A stretch of DNA of 64,000 bases from Octopus sinensis. Taxonomy: Eukaryota. Location: contig NW_021833065.1 of the NCBI RefSeq assembly GCF_006345805.1, positions 558,001 through 622,000 of the forward strand, in the 5' to 3' direction. The translations under genes were made by a program, and so were the position numbers. The notes below the pieces were generated by a model, which was not told the DNA's origin, searched no databases, and was given only the letters and a program-made list of their open reading frames with translations. Numbering within the stretch: position 1 is the first letter of the stretch; every line of letters begins with the position of its first letter. Shown here piece after piece: positions 13,232 through 26,677 of the stretch.

Positions 13232-13472
13232 AAATAAGAAAATGGAGAAATACATCGAAATCAAATATCAATTACCAGTTCTCCATTTTCTTACTTTGTA
13301 TTATGAATTTGTGGTAAAACATTTTACCTTTGCCAATATAATACAATAAATGAATGAATTGTATCGCAATTCTTAACATTTAGGTATTAACTTTGTTGGG
13401 TACCTCACTAGCAGTATATTGGATATATGGTATCCCATGGTGGGTTGCATTTACAACCCCTCTCTCAATTTG

Positions 13473-13545
<73 letters not shown>

Positions 13546-13822
13546 CAACAATTGAGGGTAAAATTAATTAATCAATTTCACCAAGTATTCAGTATGTAAA
13601 AGGACCATTTAAGGCGAATTCAAAATATTACATTATATAATTAGGGCTTAGTAAAATAAATTACTTTGCCACATACTGGACTTAGTAGAAATAGCAGCCA
13701 AAACAAATTTCTTTAGCCATTTCTACTACTTAAAGAAAAATTTCTCTCAGATAATGTTTACTCCAGACAGCTCACGAAGGTTTGGAGGTAAATACAGAAA
13801 AATATCACAAGTACATAGATCG

Positions 13823-13885
13823 TTTGAGTACGTCAACGTTTCAAGATTAGCCAAATAAAATCAGCATTTCTTTCGTCAGCTCAAA
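13823..13885 (-). ncRNA. Minimal hammerhead ribozyme motif (562-bp family)
   Basis: Reverse complement: TTTGAG CTGACGA aaga aat gctga ttttat ttggc taa tctt GAAAC gttgac GTA^ CTCAAA. Confidence 0.85.
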
Positions 13886-14464
13886 ATTTCTTAATTTGGA
13901 TTTGGAAACACTAAAAAGAAGGAACTTTACCTCTTGGCGAACTTATCGCTTCAAATGAACCAGCTCCAACTGCCAGTGCCAACAAATTCAAAATGCGCAG
14001 GCGTAAATCTCTGCAAACCTTTTCCACCCACGTGGTCTATCTAGCAAACATTATATTTTAACCGCGAGAACCAAGGCAGTATGACAGAGAGAAATGAATT
14101 ATAATATCAACAATTGAGGGTAAAATTAATTAATCAATTTCACCAAGTGTTCAGTATGTAAAAGGACCATTTAAGGCGAATTCAAAATATTACATTATAT
14201 AATTAGGGCTTAGTAAAATAAATTACTTTGCCACATACTGGACTTAGTAGAAATAGCAGCCAAAACAAATTTTTTTAGCCATTTCTACTACTTAAAGAAA
14301 AATTTCTCTCAGATAATCTTTACTCCAGACAGCTCACGAAGGTTTGGAGGTAAATACAGAAAAATATCACAAGTACATAGATCGTTTGAGTACGTCAACG
14401 TTTCAAGATTAGCCAAATAAAATCAGCATTTCTTTTTAGTGTTTCCAAATCCAAATTAAGAAAT

Positions 14465-14527
14465 TTTGAGCTGACGAAAGAAATGCTGATTTTATTTGGC
14501 TAATCTTGAAACGTTGACGTACTCAAA
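14465..14527 (+). ncRNA. Minimal hammerhead ribozyme motif in the inverted arm (562-bp family)
   Basis: Same motif read directly on the plus strand. 6-bp stem I (tttgag/ctcaaa). Confidence 0.85.
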
Positions 14528-14824
14528 CGATCTATGTACTTGTGATATTTTTCTGTATTTACCTCCAAACCTTCGTGAGCTGTCTGGAGTAAAGATTATC
14601 TGAGAGAAATGTTTCTTTAAGTAGTAGAAATGGCTAAAAAAATTTGTTTTGGCTGCTATTTCTACTAAGTCCAGTATGTGGCAAAGTAATTTATTTTACT
14701 AAGCCCTAATTATATAATATATATATATATATATTTTAATATGTATGTATAGGGGAAAAGTAAAAAAGAAGCAAAGAAAATACACATTAGGTATAAAAGT
14801 AATGGTTTTGACGAAACCCTTTGT

Positions 14825-17800
14825 CGCTACCCTCATTTGCACCTCTTGCTGCAAGGTAGGTTCTTCTGGGACTCTCGACAGGAAGAGGTCCAGTTTTGAT
14901 CTGAAAACACCTACGTCCACTTTGTGTAGGTCGCTCAGGCTCTTTGGGAAAATATTAAAAAGCTGTGGGCCCCTGAAACCCAGGGTGTTGCAGTAAGTGG
15001 CCCTGAAGCACGATGACATTGTTGGGATCTTTGGCACTGTGCAGTGTCGACCTGTTCTGGCATTTGTGTAGCCAAAATTTAGCACAATTCCTCCCAGGGT
15101 CTTCCAGATGTATATTACTGCATACCTCTCCCGCCTTCGCTCCAGGGAGTAGGGTCTTATCTTTTTCAGCTTTTCCCAGTAGCTGAGCTGCTGCAATGAG
15201 ACGATCTTCCTTGTGAAGGTTCGCTGGATTGCTTCAAGGTCTGCTGTTAATTTTACACTGTTGGTTGACCATAGTTGGGAGCAGTAATCCGGGCGCCTGA
15301 GGACGAATGTCCTCCAGAGGACCATCATGGTTTTTTTCTCATTGGTTCTGAACGTTCCTAGGATCCAGCCAGCCAGTCGTTTGCACTTTGTCGCCATCCT
15401 GGTAATGTGCACTTGGAAAGAGGTATCACCACACATGTCGATACCCAGGTCCCTCATTGATTTAGGCTCTGGGGTTATAATCGCCTGTGGACCAGTGAAC
15501 CCTGTAATTTAGTTTTTGACGCTTGTAGCGTAGGGCTTGAAATTTTTCAGCATTAAACTGCATAGCATTATCCTCAGCCCATCTGTAAATCGAGTTCAAC
15601 TCCGGCTGCAGGTGTGCAACATCGCTGGGGTATTTTCTCCGAGACTTTCGTATCGTCTACGTAGCTAACAAGGGTGACTATCCGGGCAGTTGAGAGCATA
15701 TCTATGAAAAGCAGTGGTCCTAAAACAGTGCCCTGTGGAATACTGCTTACTATTTATGTTTTCTTTGAGGTGGCACCATTGGCCACTACCGCCTGACTTC
15801 TAACTTTCAGAAAGTCATGTAACCACTCTTCAAGTTCTCCAGCTATGCCGAGATCACGCAGTTTGTGGTATATCATACCATGATCCACTTTATCAAAAGC
15901 TTTTGCAAAGTCAACATTTGAGTTGTTGAGTACTGCTATAAGAGCTGGGTAAGGCAGCTCCTACCTGGTTGAAAGCCATGCTGGATATCACTCAGCAAGT
16001 CGTTTTCTTCAAGGAATGCGATTAGTTTCCCTCTGACTATCCGTTCCATGACTTTACTGATGTGTGAAGTCAGAGAGATAGGCCTATAGTTTTTGGCATC
16101 TTCTCTACTTCCTCCTTTTGTGGATTGGGAATTTTATTTCCTCCTTCAGTTTGTATGGCAACTTGCCATTTGCAAGAACGCTCTGGAAGAGAATCTGAAG
16201 TGGTTTCGCCAAGGAACGCTTACACGATTTGAGGAGGATTGCTGGGAAACCATCAGGACCAGCAGTTGAGTTTGCGTCCACCTCATCTATGGCTAGTAGT
16301 ATATCTTCGCTAATATCGATGTATTCCATCGTAACTGCCTCGCTGGTTATAGGTGAGGCGGCAAAGAAATTCACTGGTTCGTTCACTTATCTGTGTTCCA
16401 GTGGGGTGGTAAAGAACTGGTCATTCCGTACGTCACTGAGCCTGGTTGGACTATCTATGAGTAGCAATTCTTCTCGAAGAGAGGTCTTATTTTGCAGCGT
16501 ACTGAGACTGTTTCTTTCGCATAATGAAAGAAGGCATTTGGATTTGACTTAATGTTTTTATAACCCAGGCTTCTTTGCCTGCTTTCTCCCTCACATAGGA
16601 TTGTTGCAGGCTTTCTTCAATCTCCATCAGTGTTGTATTTTGGCGGGATCTTTCGCTACTTTTGGAGTGTTGGTTGAAGCGACTTGCAACCTTCGTCAGT
16701 TGTCTCATGAAGATATTCCTCTCCTTTGGAATCATGTTCCTTTTTATGTTGGCCATGTACTCTAGGACATATTTCTGGCATATGGTTTGCATAGCAGACA
16801 TGAAATATTCTAGTTTCATGCCAACATCTGGTGTGGAGAAACTTTTCGGCCAGTCCTGTCTGAGCATCTCATTGTGGATCGATTTCCAGTCTGCTTTGTG
16901 GAAGTTCGGATTGTAGAGATTTTGGATGCTTCTTTTAGGCTGTATGTCGCTGGCTAATTTTTGGTCCATACGTAGACAGCTCTATTATGTTGTGATCCGA
17001 AACTAATGAACGATATCCGCATTGTTTGTGAAGCAGAGATCCAAAATGTTATTCGCCCTAGTTGGTCTAAGCACAACTTGCTCTATGAATAGGGTATTGG
17101 TGAGGGTGAGCAGGGACTCCACCTGTGCTTGTTTGCTATGAGTCATTCCTGAAAGCATAAGGCCTTCGGGCCGTTTGACATTGGAGAAGTGGAAATCACC
17201 CATATTCCAGTTGGTATTCCAGTTTCATGAGAATTTATTTAATTCTTGTGAGGAAATCTTCAAACTTGCCTATGTGGTTTGGAGCATCTAGTGGGCGATA
17301 TGTATTGCATATGACTATATTGTGTTGTCTTATGTATACAATTAGAGTGTCACATACTGAATTTGAGTATGATAGTAAGACCTTGGGTGTGAGGTCTTCA
17401 CGGGTGTACACAGTAACTCCACCATGGCTCCTTTCCTTTCTGTCTGTTCGTAGTATGGTATATTTTGGCACGTGTACTTCTGCATCCTCTATATCAGGGC
17501 TCCGATGAGTTTCCACGAGTGCTATGTATAGGGCTTGATTGCATGTAGCAAGGTCTCTCAGGAAAAAAATTTTGCATTTGTTCTTGTGATGCAACAGCCC
17601 CCCACCACCAATATTTAGTAAAAATATTGGTATGACGACTGTGCAGGCGCTAGGAGAGGCCAACCCGTATCTGTTAATTGTAGTGGGCAAGGTTCCTTGT
17701 TTGCACTTGATGTAGTCTGGTCAGCTGCTGCACAATCTTTTGCGCCTTGCACAAAAAAGACTCTTGCTCAGCTACTGCCTTGCGCATAACATCTGAAGAG

Positions 17801-18570
17801 CGCACTGTATTTGTATATTTTTTCTTTAGAGACGATTGGTGCCTTTCGTTTGGGGAGTATTTCTCCTTAAGGCCCCTGTAATTTTGGCAGGGGTCTCAGG
17901 TGAACAAACTGACAGTTTGTACCGTCTTCCTCATGCCAACATTTGCCTTGCAGGTAAAATTTGCACGTCCTTGACTTCACACCAAATTTCTTCTCTCCAG
18001 AATTTCGGATTCCATTGGGGCTTCCATATTTGAATTTTCTGTTTTTTTGTTTGGTGGTTTGGGGTTTCGGGTTTGTTATTTCAGTTTTCCTTTTCCTTTT
18101 TCTCCCCTTCCTTCTTTATGTTTGTGTTCGTGTTCTTTCCTTCCTTTTTTTGTGGTAGTACTTGCATTCCTCTGATTGTCCAGTGGGTGAGGACCCCGTT
18201 CCGATGTAGGACCACTGGCACAGAGGGACTTCTGGTTTTTGCTTCCTTAGCTTCCCTATCCTTATCAGCCTGGTTGTTCACAGGGGTGGGAGATACATTG
18301 TTTTTGGGGAACCACTGGATCAAAGAGACTTCTGGCTTTTGCTTCGTTTTCTCTATCCTTATCAGTCTTGCCACAGTAGTTTTCCATGATGTTATCAAGA
18401 GTGTCAATGTGTGGTCTGATAAGGGCATAGGATCAGCTGAATTCCTTTTCTTCCGCTCTATCGACAGAAGCCATTGCTCTTCAGTGCAGCAGTGAGGATG
18501 TTGTTTGGCGGACACCGCTAGCAATCGTCCATGCTCGTAACAGAAGATTCAATTCTTTACTCTCTCACTT
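14825..18570 (-). mobile_element. Near-full-length decayed CR1-group LINE (CCCH-finger ORF1 plus APE-RT ORF2)
   Basis: ORF1: CKFYLQGKCWHEEDGTNCQFVH. APE: IALVETH, HGGVTVY, MGDFHF, NILDLCFTN. RT: GPDGFPA, IPQGTVLGPLLF, YVDDTK. C-terminus: ERRRERYAVIYIWK, GFRGPQLFN. Multiple frameshifts. Confidence 0.92.
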
Positions 18571-18579
18571 TAATGCCAT

Positions 18580-19182
18580 CTTCATTTTCTAAGCCCAGAA
18601 TGGGAGGGAAGGATAGAGAGGAAGTGAGAGAGACAGAGGGAGGTAGAGAGGAAGACAGAAAGAGAGTGTGAGAAGGAAAAAGAGAGGAAGATATGCAGGA
18701 AAGAGAGAGGGTGATATGAAGAAAGAGAAAGGGTGTGTGGAGCGATAGCGAGACGGAGGGAGGCAGAGAAGGGGAAGGGAAAGAAAAACAGAGTGAGGGA
18801 GAGAGAGAATGAAGGATGTGAGAGAAAGGGAGAGACGGTGTGAGAAGAGGAGTGAAAAGGAGAAGTATATGAGAGAGAGGGGAGACGTAGATCTAGAGAG
18901 AGATAAAAGAAGGAAGAGAGAATTGGGAAAAGGAAGAAGATCCGAAAGGGAGGAAGAGACAGAATGAGGGAGAGAGGTGAGAAAAAGAGAAAGATATGGA
19001 AAAGAGAGGGAGAGAGGTAGGTGTAAAGAGACAGAAAGGAGGGGAGGGAGAGAGAAGTGGGAAAAGGAGGAAGTTATGAAAGAGAGAGAGGAGGAGCAGG
19101 TAACGAAGATATGAAGGAAAGAGAAAAACGAAAGGTATATATATATATATATACAAATATATACATATATATATATACACAC

Positions 19183-19213
<31 letters not shown>

Positions 19214-19297
19214 CATTATATATACACATATATATACATATACATATATACATATATATATATATTCATAAATATATATATACAGATATATACATAT

Positions 19298-19363
<66 letters not shown>

Positions 19364-19416
19364 GTATGTATATATGTATGTATGTATGTATGTATATATC
19401 TGTGTATATATATTTA

Positions 19417-19459
<43 letters not shown>

Positions 19460-19559
19460 TATATATATGTATGTATGTATTTCTTCTAATACACACATAT
19501 ATTTACATATAAATCTCTATATATATATACATCCTTACATATGCATCTATACATATACA

Positions 19560-19595
<36 letters not shown>
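18580..19595. repeat. GA-rich low-complexity tract and (TA)n/(CA)n microsatellites
   Basis: Directly visible. Confidence 0.9.
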
Positions 19596-19599
<4 letters not shown>

Positions 19600-20165
19600 C
19601 ACAGAACTTGAGGCGATCCAACGAAGCTACACGAAGAAGATAGCCTCTGTGCAGCATATAAGATACTGGGAAAGACTCAAGAGATTAAAACTCTGTTCCT
19701 TGGAGCGTAGGCGAGAAAGATATGCCATAATATACATCTGGAAGATCCTGGAAGGAATTGTCCCAAACTTTGGCATCGAGAGTTACACAAATGCCAGAAC
19801 TGGACGCCACTGCGTGGTGCCAAGGACTCCAAATTTGCCATCAAGATGTAGGACAAGATACTGTGATAGCCTGGGCTTCAGAGGCCCACAGCTCTTCAAT
19901 ATCCTCCCGAAGAACCTGAGGGACCTGCATGGGGTGGATGCGGATGTCTTTAAAGTAGGATTGGATCTCTTTCTGTCAGGTGTCCAGGATGAACCAACTT
20001 CACGGCAGGAGGTACAGATGAGGGCAGCTGCATCAAATTCTCTCATGCACCAAATGGCAGTTGCTAAGAAGCATTCGTGAGGTAAAATCATGTAGCAACA
20101 CCAAATGGCGGTGCCCCAGCATGGCCACAGCTCAAGAGCTGAAACTGGAAAACATAAACATAAAC
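19596..20165 (+). mobile_element. 5'-truncated 3' end of the same CR1-group LINE family
   Basis: ORF 19541-20080: LEAIQRSYT...ERRRERYAIIYIWKILEGIVPNFG...GFRGPQLFN. The 3' UTR ends in (AAACAT)n. Confidence 0.92.
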
Positions 20166-21045
20166 ATATATATATATCTATAACTATAGATATGTGTGTA
20201 TGTCTGTGCGTATGTTCCTTATGCATACCAAAACCGAGTTGCCGATTTTTATGTAAGGGTATCAAAAGATTGAGTAAGCTTTCAGCTACCAACTAAACTA
20301 TATTTTCATTCACATATTTTCATTACAAAAATTTAACATTATCATTTTTCTTTTAGTCACCTATCGACATTTTATATCACCACTACAATGACGATGACGT
20401 CACATTTTCTATATGCGTGTGTTCGCCTGTTCTTTACCTATAATGTTACCCAGTTCAGAAACAGCATCTTCCTTTTTATACACTTGGTTCAGCGTTCGTA
20501 TCAAAATTGTAAAATAAATTATTTTTGTGTGAGATATTCAATTATGCCTTCTGAATTTTCTTGGACTTTCACTTTCTTCACAATGACATTCATTCAATTG
20601 TGAATTTTATAACATTTAGTACATGTTCCAAATAAATGTAGACTTTCTGTACTCTCTTACATTGGTGACTTTCCATTCTTTTATAGCATAACTATGCTAC
20701 TGAAAGTATGTTTTGCACCTATATTGACTACATTTCGTTTAGCTTGAACTTCGGGTGTGTTCATTTTGCGGTTTTCAATATTATCAATTCTATGAGTGTG
20801 TGTGTTTGTGTGTATGTGTGTGTGTGTGTGTATGTGTGTATGTGTGTATGTGTGTGTGTGTGTGTGTTTCTGCGTTCGTTACGTCTATAGTAAACTAAAG
20901 AACATTTTACGCTATTTTAATGAGCCCACATCAAATGAAGTAGCCAATGAACTCTCTTATAGTCTATTTTGGATAGGACAGTTCTCATTTGAACCGTTTA
21001 AACAAATCATGTGACCTTACCATATCTTTTAGTCCAGCTGTATCC

Positions 21046-21076
<31 letters not shown>

Positions 21077-21329
21077 CTTCTTCTTCTTCTTCTTCTTCTT
21101 CTTCTTCTTCTTCTTCTCTTCTTCTTCTTCTTCTTCTTCTTCTTCTTCTTCTTCTTCCAAATCACAGTCTTCCTTCCCAAATACCTCGCTTGCATAGTTG
21201 CTCTTCTCGCCGCCGTTCTAGCCCCGCCACCACCAGTTTCTCGCTATGTTGGTACTACTCAAGGTTTATATAGAACGTACATCGGTGTGTTAAGTCCTGT
21301 TCATTTGGGGAGTCGGTAAACTGAGTTCG

Positions 21330-24220
21330 GAGAATCTAGTCACGTCAGATCTCTCCCATAACATCTCGCCTTATCATGCTTTTTTCATCAGGTATCTCGT
21401 CTCATACAAATCGTTCATGGTGGACACAGGATCGAGTTGTAATGTTTGGCTCTTAAGGTTCATCTCTACCAAACCGAATCCTTCCGGCATTTCTTTATAT
21501 GCAGTGAATCAGTCTCTCATCAAGCCCTATGGCCAGGTGTCCTTATCGTTGGACCTATACTTACGTAGAGACTTTGAATGGATTTTTACCATCGCCGACC
21601 TTCCTCATCCTATCCTCGGTGCAGATTTCCTACACCATGATTTACTTTTGATAGATGTCAGGTGCCAGAAACTTTTGGATAGTACCACATCTTTACCTAC
21701 CCTGCTTGCGAATCTACCGCCGCTCTTATCAGTCCGTCATTCTTCGTGGCTGCTGCATGAAACTAGTCTCACGCACTCCTCACTTCGTTTCCCGAGTTGA
21801 CGAACCTTTCCTTCAAGCCTAGCCAGGCAATCCACTCAATTCAACACTTCATCACAACGACCGGTTCATCCGTTTTCTCTCGACTACGACGGTTAGCTCC
21901 GGACAGACTCAAGATAGCTCGAGCCGAGTTCGAGCATATGCTCCAGCTCGGACTTATACGACCATCCACCAGCCCATAGGCATGTCCCATACATTTGGCA
22001 CGCAAAGGTGATACTGACTTTCGCCCAGTTGGAGACTACAAACGTCTCAACGCCGCCACCACCCCTGATAGATATCCACTACATTATTTTCAGGATTTCT
22101 CATCCGCTCTGAATAACTGCTAGGTGTTTTCCAAATTGGACCTGGTACGAGTGTACCATCAAATACCAATGAATCCGGAAGATGTACCCAAAACCGCGGT
22201 GACAACACTGTTTGGCTCATTTAAATTTCTATCTATGCCATTCGGACTGCGAAACGCCGCTAATACGTTCCAGCGCTTTATCGACGAAGTTACTCGTGGA
22301 CTTCCAGGTGTTTTTGCCTGCATCGACGACGTACACACTCATTGCCAGTTCTACTGTTGAATTACATCAGCAGCATCTTTCTCAGTTCTAGCGACTCTTA
22401 CAGTACAACGTCAACGTCAACCTGGCGAAATGTATTTTTGGCAAATCCTCATTGGAATTTTTAGGACACGTCGTTGATTGTGATGGCATTCGACCTGTGC
22501 CCGCTAAGATCCAAGCCATCCAGGATCTAGCTCATCCCACGTCGTTCCGGCAGCTCCGACACTTCCTCGATCTCATCAACTTTTATTGTCGTTTCCTACC
22601 TAATTGTGCTCGGAAATTATTACCTCTTTTAAAGAACAGAACGAAAAAAGACGCGGCTATTTCCCTTTCACCAGATGAATCGTTGGCATTCCAGACAGTC
22701 AAGTCAGACTTAGTTCAAGTTGTTACACTAGCCCATCCGATTCCTGGGGCACGTCTCGTACTTACCGTTGATGTTTCAAATTTCGCAGTTGGTGCGATAT
22801 TATAGCAAGATGTTAATCAACGCCTACAACTCTTGGCATTCTTTTCGCGTCGGCTCAGGGATTCCGGAAACGAGACACAGCACCAATGTGCGCGAGTTGC
22901 TAGCCATTTACTTAGCAGTCAAGCATTTTTGCCATTTTCTCGTTGGGCGTGATTTTGTGGCTTTCACAGATCACAAATATATTTCTTTACTACCCACAAG
23001 GGGCTAAACATAGAGGGGACAAACAAGGACAGACAAAGGGATTAAGTCGATTACATCGACCCCAGTGCGAAACTGGTACTTTATTTATCGACCCAGAAAG
23101 GATGAAAGACAAAGTCAACCTCGGCGGAATTCGAACTCAGAACGTAACGACAGACGAAATACCGCTAAGCATTTCGCCCTGCGCGCTAACGTTTCTGCCA
23201 GCTCGCCGCCTTCAGATCACAAATAGTTGACGTTCGCCTTCATTCAAAACCAGACAAATACTCGCCTCATGAGATCAGACACCTCGACTTTATCTCACAC
23301 TTCACACCACCTTTCTGGAGCGGACAACGTCCCTGCGGATGCACTGTCGAGACTTCCAGTTTGTTCTGTCTTCAGCTGCGATCGATCTTGTCACGCTTGC
23401 TACCGACCAGGCCCTTCTGTAATCAATCTACCATTCACTCAATGTCGTTTGGAGTACTTACCCTTGTCAACAACTGACGGAACTATCCTGTGTGACGTAT
23501 CGACAGGAGCACCTCGCCCTCTTGTTCCTGACAACCATCGCCGAAGCGTGTTCGATGCCTTGCACTCCTTATCTCATCCAGGTATTGCGGCATCGGTCGA
23601 AATCATTACGGCCAGTTTTTTTTGGCAGGACATCACCGCCGAGATATCACCGCTTGGTCTCGCTCCTGTCGTCAGTGTCAGCGTTCTAAGATCCATACAC
23701 ACATTCGTTCGCCACTCGGAAAATTTGACCAACCTGACAGTCGTTTTCGCCACATTCATATCGACCTCGTCGGTGCGTGTCCTGTTAGTAACGGGTACTC
23801 CTATATTCTTATCTGTGTCGACTGTTTCTCTCGATGGCCTGAAGCCATTCTCCTTGCCAACATCTCCACTGAATCAGTCGCTCGCGCCTTGATATCAGGC
23901 TGGATATCACTTTTCGACGTTCCCTCAAGGATCACCATCGATCGGTGGCGACAGTTTGAATCATAGCTCTTCCGAGAACTTTCTCGTCTCTTGGGAGTGC
24001 AGCATTTGCACACGACAAGCTACCACCCCGCTTCTAATGGGATGTTAGAGCGATTCCACGGTCAACTGAAGTCAGCTCTTCGTGCATCACTAGATCAACT
24101 AAGATGGACCGAGTACCTTCCCATCGTCCTTTTGCCTTGTCGGTCCTCCGTGAAAGCAGATCTGGGCTATTCTTCGGCCGAATTACTCTACGGTACACCA
24201 CTATCACAAATCATGGTACG
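21330..24220 (+). mobile_element. Decayed Gypsy/Ty3 LTR retrotransposon pol (protease-RT-RNaseH-integrase)
   Basis: VDTGS and ILGADFL (protease); [14 protein letters not shown]...[14 protein letters not shown]...CIDD (RT); DVSNFAVGAIL and RELLAIYLAVKHF...FTDHK (RNaseH); HIDLVG and YHPASNGMLERFH (integrase). Domain order is Gypsy. Confidence 0.95.
22980..23212 (-). mobile_element. tRNA-derived SINE inserted into the Gypsy RNaseH with a 13-bp TSD
   Basis: cagatcacaaata at 22967-22979 and 23213-23225. Confidence 0.93.
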
Positions 24221-24221
24221 G

Positions 24222-24780
24222 AGTCGTGGCGTCTGACGGAAAAAAAGATGCCTCTCCATTTTTTCAAGTCGGGTGTGTGAAGTTTATTATAAAGTCCTGC
24301 GGTTTAAGGTTTTGCCTTGGCTGAAGTCTAACTACCTCAACTGTAACTATATGTGGAGCAAAGATGGTGTTTCTGCTCATACGGCGAAGAAAGTGCAGAA
24401 ATTCTACGAAGACAACTTCACCGACTTTTGGTCTGCCAACTTCTGGCCTTCTTAAATCCCAGACTTGAACACACTGGAAAATGCGGTATGGAGCAAATTG
24501 TAGCACTCTACCAATAGAACTTCGCATCCAAGTGTTGATCATCTTAAGCAAGTCCTGAGGGAAGAGTAGGACAACATGTCTGAGTACTTCATCATGAAGA
24601 GTCGTAATGCCTTCAGGCGCCGTGTGGTGGACATTGAAGGCGAACATATTGAATAAATTGTTTCTTTATACTCCTATAAACTTGTGTTAAAATTGTATTC
24701 ATGTCAGGTTGCTGGTTGTTGTAAAATAAAAAAAAGGTGAATTATCTATTATTTTCCAAGATTTGGTTCCCTACCCTGTG
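24222..24780 (+). mobile_element. Tc1/mariner transposase C-terminal remnant with 3' end
   Basis: KVLPWLKSNY...WSKDGVSAHTAKKVQ...FWSANFWP*...PDLNTLENAVW. Ends in accctgt, a mariner-like TIR terminus. Confidence 0.8.
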
Positions 24781-24799
24781 CATATGCACACACACACAC

Positions 24800-24862
<63 letters not shown>

Positions 24863-24883
24863 GGGTACATTTATGGGTGCAAG

Positions 24884-24941
<58 letters not shown>

Positions 24942-25912
24942 AAGCATATAAAAGAAACATATTTATACTTCAATCTTAGTTCTGAATTATTAATATATAC
25001 ATCGACATACATTTATAAATGTTTTAACATTTATAAATTAGCAGATGTATATAAATACTTATACATATTTATGAATGCATTACGAATATTAGTTTTTATA
25101 TGCTTTAATAACATATCTGCATATATTATGCACATTTATGATAATATAATTTTTTTCATGTACATGAGCATCGACATGTTTGTATCTAGCAAGTAATGAT
25201 ATAGCTTTTGTGAGATTTAGTACAAGAATACGCATTTAAGTGCATGCTTGTTTACGTGCGTGCACTCACTTCGCAAAGAAAGTAAACAATCCCATTTAAA
25301 ACATTAAAACATTCAAAAGAAGGAAAACCTGTTTCCATTTCTCCCTCCACCACTTGCAACATAATGGGCTATATTTCCATTATATTTACGACAAGGAGGC
25401 TGCTTTCATATTTTCAGTCAAACCAAAATGGTATGATCCATTAAAAATGTCACTACGACATAGAAGAATCCATTTTAGAACGACAGGCAGACTCCCTGTT
25501 TTTTTCACTTGAAATGGAATACACCATTATCGCTGCCTATCTTGTGTAGATACAACAAAAATGTTTTGATTGGAAAGATTTCGCAGCTGCTGTCTGACTT
25601 TTATATTGTTGCTGTCATCGTGACCTGATCACGAATATATTCTATTGAGCAGTGGACTGGGTTGGGTGAACGAAGGCGAAAGTGGATATAAGGGTAGCAG
25701 TAAAACTGATCTGGAGAGACAGAGTTAAGATATCTCTACTTTCACTTACGGTATTGATTTCTTACACAGTCGCAGGGCTTAATACTTCAAGTGAATTGAA
25801 GAAATAAAATTGTTCGAAATTCGTACTGGCGAACTGGAATAGCCACAAACATAGACAACATGGACAACTGTTCTTCATATGGTATTGACACATAGAATAA
25901 GTATGAATGCCT

Positions 25913-25969
25913 GCTGCGATGGCCGAGTGGTTAAGGCGTTGGATTCGAAATCAAATGGGATATTCCCGC
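25913..25969 (+). pseudogene. 3'-truncated (tailless) tRNA-Ser(CGA) retrocopy with a 20-bp TSD
   Basis: gctgcgatggccgagtggttaaggcgttggattcgaaatcaaatgggatattcccgc is the 5' two-thirds of a eukaryotic tRNA-Ser, anticodon CGA. No T-arm. Direct repeat cacatagaataagtatgaat at 25889-25908 and 25969-25988. Confidence 0.88.
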
Positions 25970-26677
25970 ACATAGAATAAGTATGAATTGCTAAATAGAG
26001 TAAGTTTTACTTTCTGACACCAGCACATTTGAAGGGTGGCTATAGTCTGTTAAGATCAACTGGTCCTTAAGGGTGAAACAAGTACAAAATATCTGACCAG
26101 AGAAACCGGAATTCGTTTGTAAATCAACAATCAAGGCATTTTATCCAACCCTTATATCATTGATTTTAATTGTAACTCTATAAGCACTCATGATTACGGT
26201 TTCTACTGTAACACACACACACACACACACACACTCTCTCTCTCTCTCTCTCTCACTCTCTCTCTCTCACTCACACACACATACACACCTGCACACACCA
26301 CCTGGACAAGCACATATCAACTGCTAAACACAAGTGTTTACACACGCACGCGTACATACACACACACACACACACTCACACACACATACACACACAAACA
26401 CACACGCACACACGTTAGCCTCATACGTATACACACGTCCATTCGCATCCTCACATATATATTATACACACGTCCATACGCGCGCGCGCACACACAAATA
26501 CACAAAACGCACATCACTCCGCACAACGCATACACTAGGGTTACTTGTACCCATACACACACACACACCAAGGCCAATGCATTTGCACACACACATGATA
26601 ACCTCACACCTTTGTACACACGTCTATATGCACACACGCACATACCAGTACATGTAGCGCATATCACTCCACATAGT

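Larger units (their letters stand above)
13542..14717 (-). mobile_element. HHR-bearing 562-bp tandem element (about 1.6 units plus inverted arm) in (TA)n; diverged relative of the 557-bp array
   Basis: Period 13546 to 14108. Fold-back at ~14432-14437. Inverted arm 14437-14717. Clear similarity along the unit to the units of 39679-49362. Confidence 0.88.
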
